Positions 1 through 8,437 of a stretch of DNA of 64,000 nucleotides are shown one piece after another. Source of the DNA: a virus; the IMG/VR virus record IMGVR_UViG_3300032116_000089, positions 1 through 64,000 of that record; one strand, written 5' to 3'. A program made the translations under genes and the position numbers. Numbering within the stretch: the stretch's first letter is position 1; each line of letters begins with the position of its first letter. Below the pieces are notes generated by a model. The model made no database searches. It saw nothing but the letters and a program-made list of their open reading frames with translations, and was not told the DNA's origin.

Positions 1-2
1 GA

Positions 3-263
3 TGTGGGCTTGTTATAACTGATAGCGGAGGATTACAAGAGGAATCTTCATTCTTGAAGAAGAAATGTATAGTATGCAGAACAACAACGGAAAGAATTGA
101 GGGGGAGTATATATTTTCATGGTTATGTAAATTACCAGATATGTTATCTGAAACTTTCAATTCTATAAAAATGGAATTAGTAAATGCTATATGTCCATAT
201 GGAGATGGTAAGTCTAGCGATAGAATATTAAAGATACTGGAGAGTCTACAATGGAAATATTAG
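3..263 (+). CDS. wecB: UDP-N-acetylglucosamine 2-epimerase, C-terminal part (5' truncated by window edge)
   Basis: Frame is open from nt 3 and reads CGLVITDSGGLQEESSFLKKKCIVCRTTTERIEG...CPYGDGKSSDRI. TDSGGxQEE, RxxTER and PYGDGxSSxRI are hallmark motifs of this family. Confidence 0.88.
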   Translation, partial: CGLVITDSGGLQEESSFLKKKCIVCRTTTERIEGEYIFSWLCKLPDMLSETFNSIKMELVNAICPYGDGKSSDRILKILESLQWKY

Positions 264-814
264 AATTTAGAAAAATATATACTAATGATGTTTATGATCA
301 TCATTTTAATGATGGATACGCTTGGTCTAGAATATATGAGTACGCTTTAATCTTAGAAAAGTTGCAAAAATATAGCAAAGATGGAGACTTAATACATAAT
401 TCTTCTTGGGGGTACGAAGGAGTTCATGTGAGGTTTAAAGAAATATTAGATTCTTTATACAGTGTAGAACATTCAGACATACGACCCTCTAATTTGCAAA
501 ATACGTTTATATATAACATCTTACATAATTCAGAAGCAATGAAAGAAAAATATGATATAGTGATTAACATCTCTACATTAGAAGAAGTAGGTGGTGATCA
601 TATAGAAATTTTTTATAACTTATTAGATCAAGTAAAAAATAATGGATATTTAATGTGTACATTTGACTTACCGGGATTACAACTTGATAAATTTGAAAGA
701 TTGTTTGATAAATCTATTGAATCATTACATGAAAATATAAATGGTGTTAATTCGCAAGTACCTAATAATCATTGTGCTGATCTCAATGTTGGAATGATAA
801 TACTTAAAAAATAG
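251..814 (+). CDS. putative class I SAM-dependent methyltransferase (glycan-associated type)
   Basis: 187 aa with WSRIYEY, YDIVINISTLEEV and GYLMCTFD, resembling methyltransferase motifs. Lies in a sugar-enzyme cluster. Confidence 0.55.
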   Translation: MEILEFRKIYTNDVYDHHFNDGYAWSRIYEYALILEKLQKYSKDGDLIHNSSWGYEGVHVRFKEILDSLYSVEHSDIRPSNLQNTFIYNILHNSEAMKEKYDIVINISTLEEVGGDHIEIFYNLLDQVKNNGYLMCTFDLPGLQLDKFERLFDKSIESLHENINGVNSQVPNNHCADLNVGMIILKK

Positions 815-825
815 GAACTATGTAA

Positions 826-1548
826 ATGAAAAATTTTACTAATGATATAATATTCTTTGCAAATAGGCTTAAAAATAAGGAAAATTTTAGTTTTTCCAAA
901 TATGCCGATGGCGAATGGGCAGTAATTAAGAATCAAGCCATTAATAACAAAGAATTTTGGTTTGATCCAAATAGCGATAAAGATCAACAAAAAAGACAAG
1001 CTTTGATAGAGTCATTTCAATATAAACATCCTAATTATTATGTAGGTATATCCTGCCCGTGTTGTCAAGGTGTGGATACATTTAATGAAATGCATGAATT
1101 CTCTGGTCAAGATGAAGGCCATTTAACTTGGGCAAATTTATGGGTAAATTCTAACTATAAGTATTATTTGTCAAATATATTACCCATCTACAAAGAAAGA
1201 CACGTAGTATTGTTTTGCAATGAAAATGGTCGTATAGCCAATCTCCCATTTACTCCATACATGGTAGTTCCACTTAAAAATAATGCTTGGGAATATAATT
1301 GGAACTTAGTAGATGATGCAAAGAGAATGATATCAGCAATACCTTCTAAAGATATGCTAGTCCTGTTTTGTTGTGGGCCATTTGGTAATATATTATGTCA
1401 TGAATTAACCAAGTTTGACGATCAGCATACATACTTAGATATAGGATCTACTTTAAATCCATTTCTTAAGTCTGCGGGATTTGAACGACATTATTACATG
1501 GGAAACAATGTATTTTCTAACTTAACATGCCAATGGGGTAAACAATGA
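826..1548 (+). CDS. putative GT-D fold (DUF1792-like) glycosyltransferase
   Basis: 240 aa with FSFSKYADGE near the N-terminus and LVLFCCGPFGNILC...YLDIGSTL near the C-terminus, matching the SxxRxGDGE / GP / DIG pattern of GT-D proteins. Confidence 0.6.
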   Translation: MKNFTNDIIFFANRLKNKENFSFSKYADGEWAVIKNQAINNKEFWFDPNSDKDQQKRQALIESFQYKHPNYYVGISCPCCQGVDTFNEMHEFSGQDEGHLTWANLWVNSNYKYYLSNILPIYKERHVVLFCNENGRIANLPFTPYMVVPLKNNAWEYNWNLVDDAKRMISAIPSKDMLVLFCCGPFGNILCHELTKFDDQHTYLDIGSTLNPFLKSAGFERHYYMGNNVFSNLTCQWGKQ

Positions 1549-2033
1549 ATATAGGAATATATCTAAAAATAATGGCCGATACTGAGCAATTAAATAGTAT
1601 TAATCAATTTGTAGACGATAATATTAACAATGAAAAGATATATGATATTAGCATTTTCTACGATGAAATAGCATTTAATCCAAATAATACTAAATGCGGG
1701 ATGTTTAATTCGGCTGATCTATGGAGTTTCAATGGTAACTTGATAGTTACATCTTTTGATGCATTAGTAACAGCGCTTAAAATTGTGAATAATATCAACA
1801 TATTTTATTATCATGGATGGGAAAAGCAAATAAATGCATTAGGTCTAGCCCAATTAACTAGAAGTAATGTAAAGATTATATGTAGATCAGAAGAGCAGAG
1901 CAAAGAGCTATATAGAATTACAGGACAAAGTGCAATAGGAATATCAGAAAACTATGAAAATATGACCGATTTACTTTTAAGGTGTGAAGATGAATACAAA
2001 TCAAATAATAACAATGTATACCAAACAGCATAA
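1545..2033 (+). CDS. hypothetical protein, possibly a glycosyltransferase-like fragment
   Basis: 162-aa ORF with ATGA coupling to the upstream gene. MNIGIYL start and alpha/beta pattern, but no decisive motif. Confidence 0.5.
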   Translation: MNIGIYLKIMADTEQLNSINQFVDDNINNEKIYDISIFYDEIAFNPNNTKCGMFNSADLWSFNGNLIVTSFDALVTALKIVNNINIFYYHGWEKQINALGLAQLTRSNVKIICRSEEQSKELYRITGQSAIGISENYENMTDLLLRCEDEYKSNNNNVYQTA

Positions 2034-2757
2034 GAGTACCTATGAGATTGCAGAAGAATTAAATACATATCCAAACAGGATTAGGCGTATTTTAATCAAG
2101 AGTGGCATATCTTTAAAAACCAAGAGTGAGGCTCAAAAAAATGCAATTGAAAATGGAACAGCAATACATCCCACTGTAGGAAAAGAGAGAACACAGCAAG
2201 AAAAACTAAAAATAAGCTCTGGACTAAAGAAATATTGGGAAGATATGTCAGACGAGATGTATAGCTCAAGAGTAGATCAATCTAAAAAAAGATGGGAAGC
2301 ACTGTCAGATGTAGATAAGGACAAAATGATGAGTGCTGCCATAAAGAGTATACAAGTCGCTGGCAAAGAGGGGTCTAAGCTAGAGAAGTTTTTGTATGAA
2401 GAAATAATCAAGGCTGGATATTCAGTACAGTACCATAAGAAACAACTCATACAAAATCAAGACCTTGAACTCGACATGTACATACCGTCGCTCAAGACTA
2501 TAATAGAGGTAGACGGCCCATCTCATTTCTTGCCCATATGGGGCGAAGAAAAATTGCAAAAACAGATCAAATCAGACACCCAAAAAAGTGGACTTATTTT
2601 AAGTAAAGGCATGGTCATCATAAGAATAAAAAACTTATCTGACTCAGTTTGTTTAGCCGATAAAGAAAAGTTGAGACTTGACATTTTGAATTGCTTGAGT
2701 ACAATAGAAAAGTCGTTTCCCAAAAAAGCAGAAAGGTATATAGAGATTGAAATATGA
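1990..2757 (+). CDS. HTH plus Vsr/DUF559-like PD-(D/E)xK endonuclease (free-standing homing-endonuclease-like)
   Basis: N-terminal HTH (STYEIAEELNTYPNRIRRIL), NUMOD-like basic repeats (RTQQEKLKISSGLKKYW) and a C-terminal SKLE...ELDMYIPSLKTIIEVDGPSH nuclease motif. ATG 1990 preferred over GTG 1984. Confidence 0.75.
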   Translation: MNTNQIITMYTKQHKSTYEIAEELNTYPNRIRRILIKSGISLKTKSEAQKNAIENGTAIHPTVGKERTQQEKLKISSGLKKYWEDMSDEMYSSRVDQSKKRWEALSDVDKDKMMSAAIKSIQVAGKEGSKLEKFLYEEIIKAGYSVQYHKKQLIQNQDLELDMYIPSLKTIIEVDGPSHFLPIWGEEKLQKQIKSDTQKSGLILSKGMVIIRIKNLSDSVCLADKEKLRLDILNCLSTIEKSFPKKAERYIEIEI

Positions 2758-3509
2758 GTGATATTGAAACTATTTTTGAAACCGTAGAACTAGCATCGCC
2801 AAGTAATACTGATACATCAATTAAGGACGTTGTAGCATCGGACAGACCATCTATGCTAAGTCCAGAGTGGCATGACTATGCTATGACACTATTCCATGAA
2901 ACAGAGATGGTCGATGGTCATCCTCTAGTTGCTGGTTTGAGGCGTGTAGCAGAGCTTGTACTAGGCCCAATCATTTTCAGTGGCCCAACACAGGTATTTC
3001 CAGTACAACGCGATGATCATCACGGTCGTGCTACAGTAATCTTCACAGTAGAATTTGATAATGGCATGAGATATGCGGAAGTAGCAGATTCGTGGGAGGG
3101 TAATACAGATGATACTTTCTGTGCGTATGCAGTAGCTATTGCTAGCACTAGAGCAGAAGCAAGAGCATTACGTAAGGCACTCAAGATTAAGGGTGTTGCT
3201 GCTGAAGAATTAACAAAGAAAGATACAGCTAAGATAGTTAGACAGATTTCTTCTGTTAAGGATTCTAGCGGTGGAGAGTATAATGATCAAGACAGAATGA
3301 GTGATGCACAATACAATTTTATAGATGTAAAGTGCAAGCAACTCAACATCGATGGAGAGAAACTATTCGCATCATTTAAGGTGGATAGTGGAAAAAAGGT
3401 TTCTAAGAAGATCGCTAGTGATATCATAGATTCACTAAACGATTACCAGCGTGATAAAAGTTCAATTCCACAAGATATTATAGGCTATCAACAGGAGTGG
3501 CGTAAATGA
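2754..3509 (+). CDS. Rad52/Sak-like single-strand annealing protein
   Basis: AIASTRAEARALRKALKI helix follows a beta-sheet region, and the C-terminal SDAQYNFI...SKKIASDIIDSL module is typical of phage annealases. Confidence 0.6.
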   Translation: MSDIETIFETVELASPSNTDTSIKDVVASDRPSMLSPEWHDYAMTLFHETEMVDGHPLVAGLRRVAELVLGPIIFSGPTQVFPVQRDDHHGRATVIFTVEFDNGMRYAEVADSWEGNTDDTFCAYAVAIASTRAEARALRKALKIKGVAAEELTKKDTAKIVRQISSVKDSSGGEYNDQDRMSDAQYNFIDVKCKQLNIDGEKLFASFKVDSGKKVSKKIASDIIDSLNDYQRDKSSIPQDIIGYQQEWRK

Positions 3510-3841
3510 AGATTACATATACTACAAAGAACGGGCGACTACAGGCAGAACTAGAAGGTGAATCACAGAAGGATTTATTTAATGAATTAAGTAAGTTCCA
3601 AGAAGTATTTGAAGAAACTACTTGCGGAAAGTGTGGTTCTGACGATATTCGATTCGTAGTTCGCACAGTTGATGATAATCAGTACTATGAACTACGATGT
3701 ATGAAATGTGGTGCCAGACTAGCATTCGGCGTTAATAAGAAGGGTGGCGGGTTATTCCCCAAGCGTAAGGATGCAGAAGGAAATTGGCTACCAGACGGCG
3801 GATGGGTTAAGTGGAATCCCAAAACGGAGAAGGCAGAATGA
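3506..3841 (+). CDS. zinc-ribbon protein
   Basis: 111 aa with CGKC...CMKC and an aromatic, basic C-terminus. ATGA-coupled to the annealase. Confidence 0.65.
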   Translation: MKITYTTKNGRLQAELEGESQKDLFNELSKFQEVFEETTCGKCGSDDIRFVVRTVDDNQYYELRCMKCGARLAFGVNKKGGGLFPKRKDAEGNWLPDGGWVKWNPKTEKAE

Positions 3842-4119
3842 GATGTTTAGCAATACTATTTATGTTGATAGGGATATCAAATGAGGGATTTGCTAATTAT
3901 CCATTTTATGCTCTACCACAACCGACTGCCGTTCTTCAGCAACAAGTGGTTGTCCAAACTATGGTGTATCAAGCACCGCAGTTAATAGTTACGGTTCCTG
4001 TGCAAATAGTGGTTTATCCTCAACCAATTATTGATCAAAGAATTTATTGGGGGTATCCTTATTATACAACAACACCCATGCCCGTCGTTAGACATAGGCA
4101 TAGGTGCTGGAATTACTGA
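3838..4119 (+). CDS. small putatively secreted Pro/Val/Tyr-rich protein
   Basis: ATG 3838 overlaps the upstream stop (ATGA). MRCLAILFMLIGISNEGFA looks like a signal peptide and is followed by low-complexity Q/V/P/Y sequence. Confidence 0.55.
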   Translation: MRCLAILFMLIGISNEGFANYPFYALPQPTAVLQQQVVVQTMVYQAPQLIVTVPVQIVVYPQPIIDQRIYWGYPYYTTTPMPVVRHRHRCWNY

Positions 4120-4127
4120 TGATTTTG

Positions 4128-4151
4128 GGGGCGGGAAACCGCCCCTTTTTT
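4128..4151 (+). terminator. rho-independent terminator of the + strand operon
   Basis: GGGGCGG-GAAA-CCGCCCC followed by TTTTTT, 8 nt after the last + strand stop codon. Confidence 0.92.
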
Positions 4152-4242
4152 CATTTCATGTGTAAAAGAAACCAACTAATAAAAGTTCCCATTACAATAC
4201 CAATTGAACTGATAATGAATAGAAATTTATTGATTGGATCTT

Positions 4243-4974
4243 TCATAAATATTCTACAGTGAAGTATAATCCATACTGAGTTTTGCTACCAATACTTTCT
4301 GGCTCAGAACTTAAGGCAACGTACCAATCGTGTCGAGTAGATACTAAAGAAATTCCACTTCTTGAAGTATATCCCAGTGCAGCATCAGTATCAGTAGTAT
4401 TAGTATTAAAACCACTTACGCCGGGAGAACTCGTTAATGTAAGTTCGTCATATTGACCCGGAGTTGGATCAAATTCTTTCCATCTATATCCATTACTTGC
4501 TGTTTCGTCGGAATTACCACGAAAATTTAAACTTCCCACTGTCTCTAATTCGGAAGGGTGTCGTGCCTCATAGACCCAAGTTGTCACACCGCTTGCTGGT
4601 TTATCTATGTTGTTTCTATCAAATATTCTTAGTTTACAATTCTGCACCCTAACAGGAGTTGAATGACTGAATCTTATATTTAATGGGCATAGATAATTAG
4701 GAAGATTTTCTAATGATATTGGGCTTTGACCATTAATAGTCACAGTACCCTTTGTTGATAGGGTTCCGCTAGTTGCCATAGCTGTATTATTTAATCTAGC
4801 GCCTTGTACGGTGCCATCAGCATTAGTTACGAACGTAGTAACTTGCTGCGATCCAATTGGCACAGATACGCCAAATGAAGATCCATAAAATCCTAGCCCT
4901 GACCCTAGAGTATGAGGTATTCCAGAGCCTTTTTCACCATCTTTAATATTAGCATAAAAATTGATTTCTGCCAT
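4243..4974 (-). CDS. putative virion structural protein
   Basis: 243-aa beta-rich ORF, last gene of the structural arm, with a GGGAGA RBS and its own GTGTATA motif. Confidence 0.55.
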   Translation of the reverse strand: MAEINFYANIKDGEKGSGIPHTLGSGLGFYGSSFGVSVPIGSQQVTTFVTNADGTVQGARLNNTAMATSGTLSTKGTVTINGQSPISLENLPNYLCPLNIRFSHSTPVRVQNCKLRIFDRNNIDKPASGVTTWVYEARHPSELETVGSLNFRGNSDETASNGYRWKEFDPTPGQYDELTLTSSPGVSGFNTNTTDTDAALGYTSRSGISLVSTRHDWYVALSSEPESIGSKTQYGLYFTVEYL

Positions 4975-5010
4975 AAAAATCTCCCTATATTTCGTTGGGG
5001 TACACTGTAA

Positions 5011-5017
5011 TATACAC
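5011..5017 (-). promoter_or_regulatory. GTGTATA putative late promoter
   Basis: Minus strand reads AAAAAAAGTGTATATTACAG, 37 nt upstream of ATG 4974. Confidence 0.65.
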
Positions 5018-5022
5018 TTTTT

Positions 5023-8000
5023 TTAGTTTGCGGTTATTTCCAAGTTGACATATTGACCATAAGGACCATTCATTTGTGGATTTGCACCATTACTATTTTC
5101 TGGATAATTCATAATATCATTGACAAAAAATAAGAAAATGTCATATTTTCCAGTTTTATTGGTTGATAAACTATATGTTGTGCTTCTAGAAGATTTCACA
5201 TATCCATTACTATCGCCACCACCATCATTGTCTGGCGGTGTTAGTCTTTTTGTTCCGTAATCTTGTATTACATCATGACCAAGTTTTTCATAAATCATGC
5301 ATGTTTTTGCATGAATTTTTACTCCTCTCCCTTTTGTTGTTGTCACTTTACCTTCTAATGGTTTCCCATTTCCGTAAAATGGATTACCACTGAATTCTCC
5401 ATAAGCATCTTGTCCATATTTTTCAAAGTCTGGTTCTATTGTTAATATTTTACCATTTTCATCTGTTCTGGTAACCTTGAATCTAGCTGGCATTTTTGCT
5501 GAAAAAGTAACTTCTTCACCATCTGAATAACCAGACTGTGGATCATCTGGATCTTCATCTAAAATTTCTATTGCGAAAGGGGCAACTCCTATAGCCCTTT
5601 TGATATAATAAAAACCACCTCCACTTAGGAGTTGATCACGACGAACAATATTTTCCTTTTTAGTGAATACCTTATAATCCTTAAGTCGTTGCTGTATATA
5701 AAATCCAGCACGAAGTTTCTGTTCTGTACCTCCGTTATCTTCTTTGCCATAAAACTCATCAAGATCAACAGATGCTCCAGATGGATTAAATTGTAGTGGA
5801 GTAAAATATCTTCCATCATATATTGTATCTGGACAGTGATCAGTTATTTTACACCATAAAGCAGTTGTGCCAAATGCCCTAATGTCATCAGTAGAGCTTG
5901 CGCCCCACTGAACATAATCAAAGACTTTAGTTTGACCTCCATTACTAGTAGGAATTAATCCAAAAAATCCAGCGCCTGTGAAACTAGTACCCCCATCTCT
6001 TCCCGTTACAACACCATAGGCATTTAATCCAAAATTATTTGATGTTCTTAACTCTAGTTGACCACCGGCTGGCAAATTCACTGTTGCCCTTGCTGCTATA
6101 ATTCCATTTACATTAGATATTTCATCACCACCAACAAAAGGTATCAAACCGGGACCACCATCTGGTTTTTCAAATCTGTTAGGCGCAGAAAATGATGTAT
6201 TAGCACCAAATTTGCGTAAAATTCTACCAAAAGGAATAGCACCCCTTACATTGCCATTAGGTATAAGAAGATTATTTTGATCTATTGGTTGACCAATTAT
6301 ACTACTTAATCTTTGCCAAGCTTTTCCAAAAGCTTTATAATCCCACAGTTGCGATGTCAGAGACAGGTTCAAGTCTCTATATCCCCCTTGATTAGCAAAT
6401 AGTGTTGCTTCTTGAGTATTTGGTATTACACTTGTGCTACAAAGCGCTAACTGTAAAGACAGAGGAGTAAATTGTACAATTGTTGGATTTACTGGTTTTA
6501 GATTGAATACATCTTTATTGAATTGATTTACTACAAAGTCTCCTTTATATGCATCATGTAAATAAGTAATTAAATTTGTTGCATAATTTCCAGCTTTTTT
6601 CTGTGCAAACCACAGAGCATTTGATATGATAGTTTGATTACCAGAAGCATTTAGCGCCATCTGAGCGGGAAAATGATATAAGTTGCTGTCTGAAACATCA
6701 AAAGATGTACCAAAAAAATCACCTAAAAATAGAGTATTGTTGGCTTCTGCCGAAAAGTTTATTAAAGATTGAGCATTATATACAGCTAAATCTGGAGCTA
6801 TTGTATTAATAAAACTTCGCCCAGTTGTTGCATTTTTTAATTTAGCTACACTTGAGGATGTATATCCGTCTGGAAAATACATTCCCCAACTAGAAGTGAC
6901 CCTCAATGGATCAACATCGTTGGTATCTGGATAATCTTTAAATTCTGTTTGCTTGATATTTGTTTTTTTTAATCTAGAGTATTGATTATTGCCACATAGA
7001 TTAGGTTTTATAACGTCTGCGTCAAAAAACTGCCAATAACCGTCGCTATTGGGAATCAGATTTGTATTTACAAAAAATCCTGGTATTTCTGCAATAGGAG
7101 TTTCTGGTATTTGTAATTGCCAATTTAAAAGTTCATAGGAATCTACTGGCTTATTTAATAAATTCAATGTTTTCAATCTTTGAGAAAGATCAAAAACAGG
7201 CTCAATAATCATATCTTGATAAAACTTAAATCTCACATGATTTAAATACTTTTCTGGAGTAACGTCATTGTTGTCTGGTTGATCTCTAAAATAAGCAGAT
7301 GCATTTACAATATATTTTTGTATGTTTGACCATTCAACATTAAATTTCTTTGATACTGTTCTGGCCGGTCCAAATCCCATAGGAATCCATTCGCCGTTGA
7401 TTAAACTCCCTATAACTATTTCTCCAGCCGCGTAACTGCGTGGCGTTCTATTTACCATTATTACTTTTTCTTTTGGCGATGGTCCGCAGCCATATGAATT
7501 GGGACCAAAAAGATGAGGATTCCCGTTTTCTATACTAACTGGCATACCAGTGCCAACTGTAAATGAAGATGACAATGGACCGCTATAAAATTCCTCTAAA
7601 TCAGTGTTATCTACACTTTGTGGTAAATCTGGAATAGACACACCATCTATATCTGTCAATAATCTAAACAACATCTGTTGAGTACCAGACTCCCATCTAT
7701 TTGTAGCGGGGTCGTATGTCATTCTCATTGGGGCAGCTACGGTGTTGTCTGCATTATTGTCACCGCCCTGCGCTGGCGCGGCATAAACTCCCGGAGCAGA
7801 ATTTTGCGTTGGAGTATAAGCATATTGTCCACCAGTTGCTCTGCTTGGTACGCCAGCAAACATACCTCCAGCACTATCAGCTATAGTTCTTTCGGCACTT
7901 GCTTTGCCGCCAGATTGAAAATATAATCTAACTAGACTCTTTGCATCGCAAGTCAACACAGTGTAATCAACATCAAATGTAATACATCCAGATAGGCTGG

Positions 8001-8427
8001 TTTGAATGTTAGACCATACATAATTTAACTTGTATTTTTCTGCATCATCAGTAATAAAACCCTTTTGCCATAAATCAAAACGCTCTTGAAAATTTGTTAA
8101 ACTAGATGCTGCATCGCCGCTTGGAGTAGACCATATTTCTTGATCAGTAGTCAAAAAATACCGTTTAGTTTCTTGATCAAATCTAAACATAGACAACGTT
8201 ACAGAATCACCAAGCAATTTTGGTTTTAAAGATGAAAATTGGCCATCAAAATATTCATCAATTTCTCTAGATAATGTTTTTTTGCCATCTTTGCGTTCCA
8301 TTCCAAAATTATCTAGTGTATTTCTAGTATAAGAAGCTAAACCTATATTATGCAGAGTAACATGCTCTGTAATATAAGAATGATAATTTCTTACAGCACC
8401 GCCGCCCGACCTGTTAAACATGCTCAT
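5023..8427 (-). CDS. large tail-tip/baseplate-associated protein, unknown family
   Basis: 1134-aa ORF downstream of the tape measure, AAGGA RBS. Call is by synteny only. Confidence 0.5.
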   Translation of the reverse strand: MSMFNRSGGGAVRNYHSYITEHVTLHNIGLASYTRNTLDNFGMERKDGKKTLSREIDEYFDGQFSSLKPKLLGDSVTLSMFRFDQETKRYFLTTDQEIWSTPSGDAASSLTNFQERFDLWQKGFITDDAEKYKLNYVWSNIQTSLSGCITFDVDYTVLTCDAKSLVRLYFQSGGKASAERTIADSAGGMFAGVPSRATGGQYAYTPTQNSAPGVYAAPAQGGDNNADNTVAAPMRMTYDPATNRWESGTQQMLFRLLTDIDGVSIPDLPQSVDNTDLEEFYSGPLSSSFTVGTGMPVSIENGNPHLFGPNSYGCGPSPKEKVIMVNRTPRSYAAGEIVIGSLINGEWIPMGFGPARTVSKKFNVEWSNIQKYIVNASAYFRDQPDNNDVTPEKYLNHVRFKFYQDMIIEPVFDLSQRLKTLNLLNKPVDSYELLNWQLQIPETPIAEIPGFFVNTNLIPNSDGYWQFFDADVIKPNLCGNNQYSRLKKTNIKQTEFKDYPDTNDVDPLRVTSSWGMYFPDGYTSSSVAKLKNATTGRSFINTIAPDLAVYNAQSLINFSAEANNTLFLGDFFGTSFDVSDSNLYHFPAQMALNASGNQTIISNALWFAQKKAGNYATNLITYLHDAYKGDFVVNQFNKDVFNLKPVNPTIVQFTPLSLQLALCSTSVIPNTQEATLFANQGGYRDLNLSLTSQLWDYKAFGKAWQRLSSIIGQPIDQNNLLIPNGNVRGAIPFGRILRKFGANTSFSAPNRFEKPDGGPGLIPFVGGDEISNVNGIIAARATVNLPAGGQLELRTSNNFGLNAYGVVTGRDGGTSFTGAGFFGLIPTSNGGQTKVFDYVQWGASSTDDIRAFGTTALWCKITDHCPDTIYDGRYFTPLQFNPSGASVDLDEFYGKEDNGGTEQKLRAGFYIQQRLKDYKVFTKKENIVRRDQLLSGGGFYYIKRAIGVAPFAIEILDEDPDDPQSGYSDGEEVTFSAKMPARFKVTRTDENGKILTIEPDFEKYGQDAYGEFSGNPFYGNGKPLEGKVTTTKGRGVKIHAKTCMIYEKLGHDVIQDYGTKRLTPPDNDGGGDSNGYVKSSRSTTYSLSTNKTGKYDIFLFFVNDIMNYPENSNGANPQMNGPYGQYVNLEITAN

Positions 8428-8437
8428 GTTATATTCC

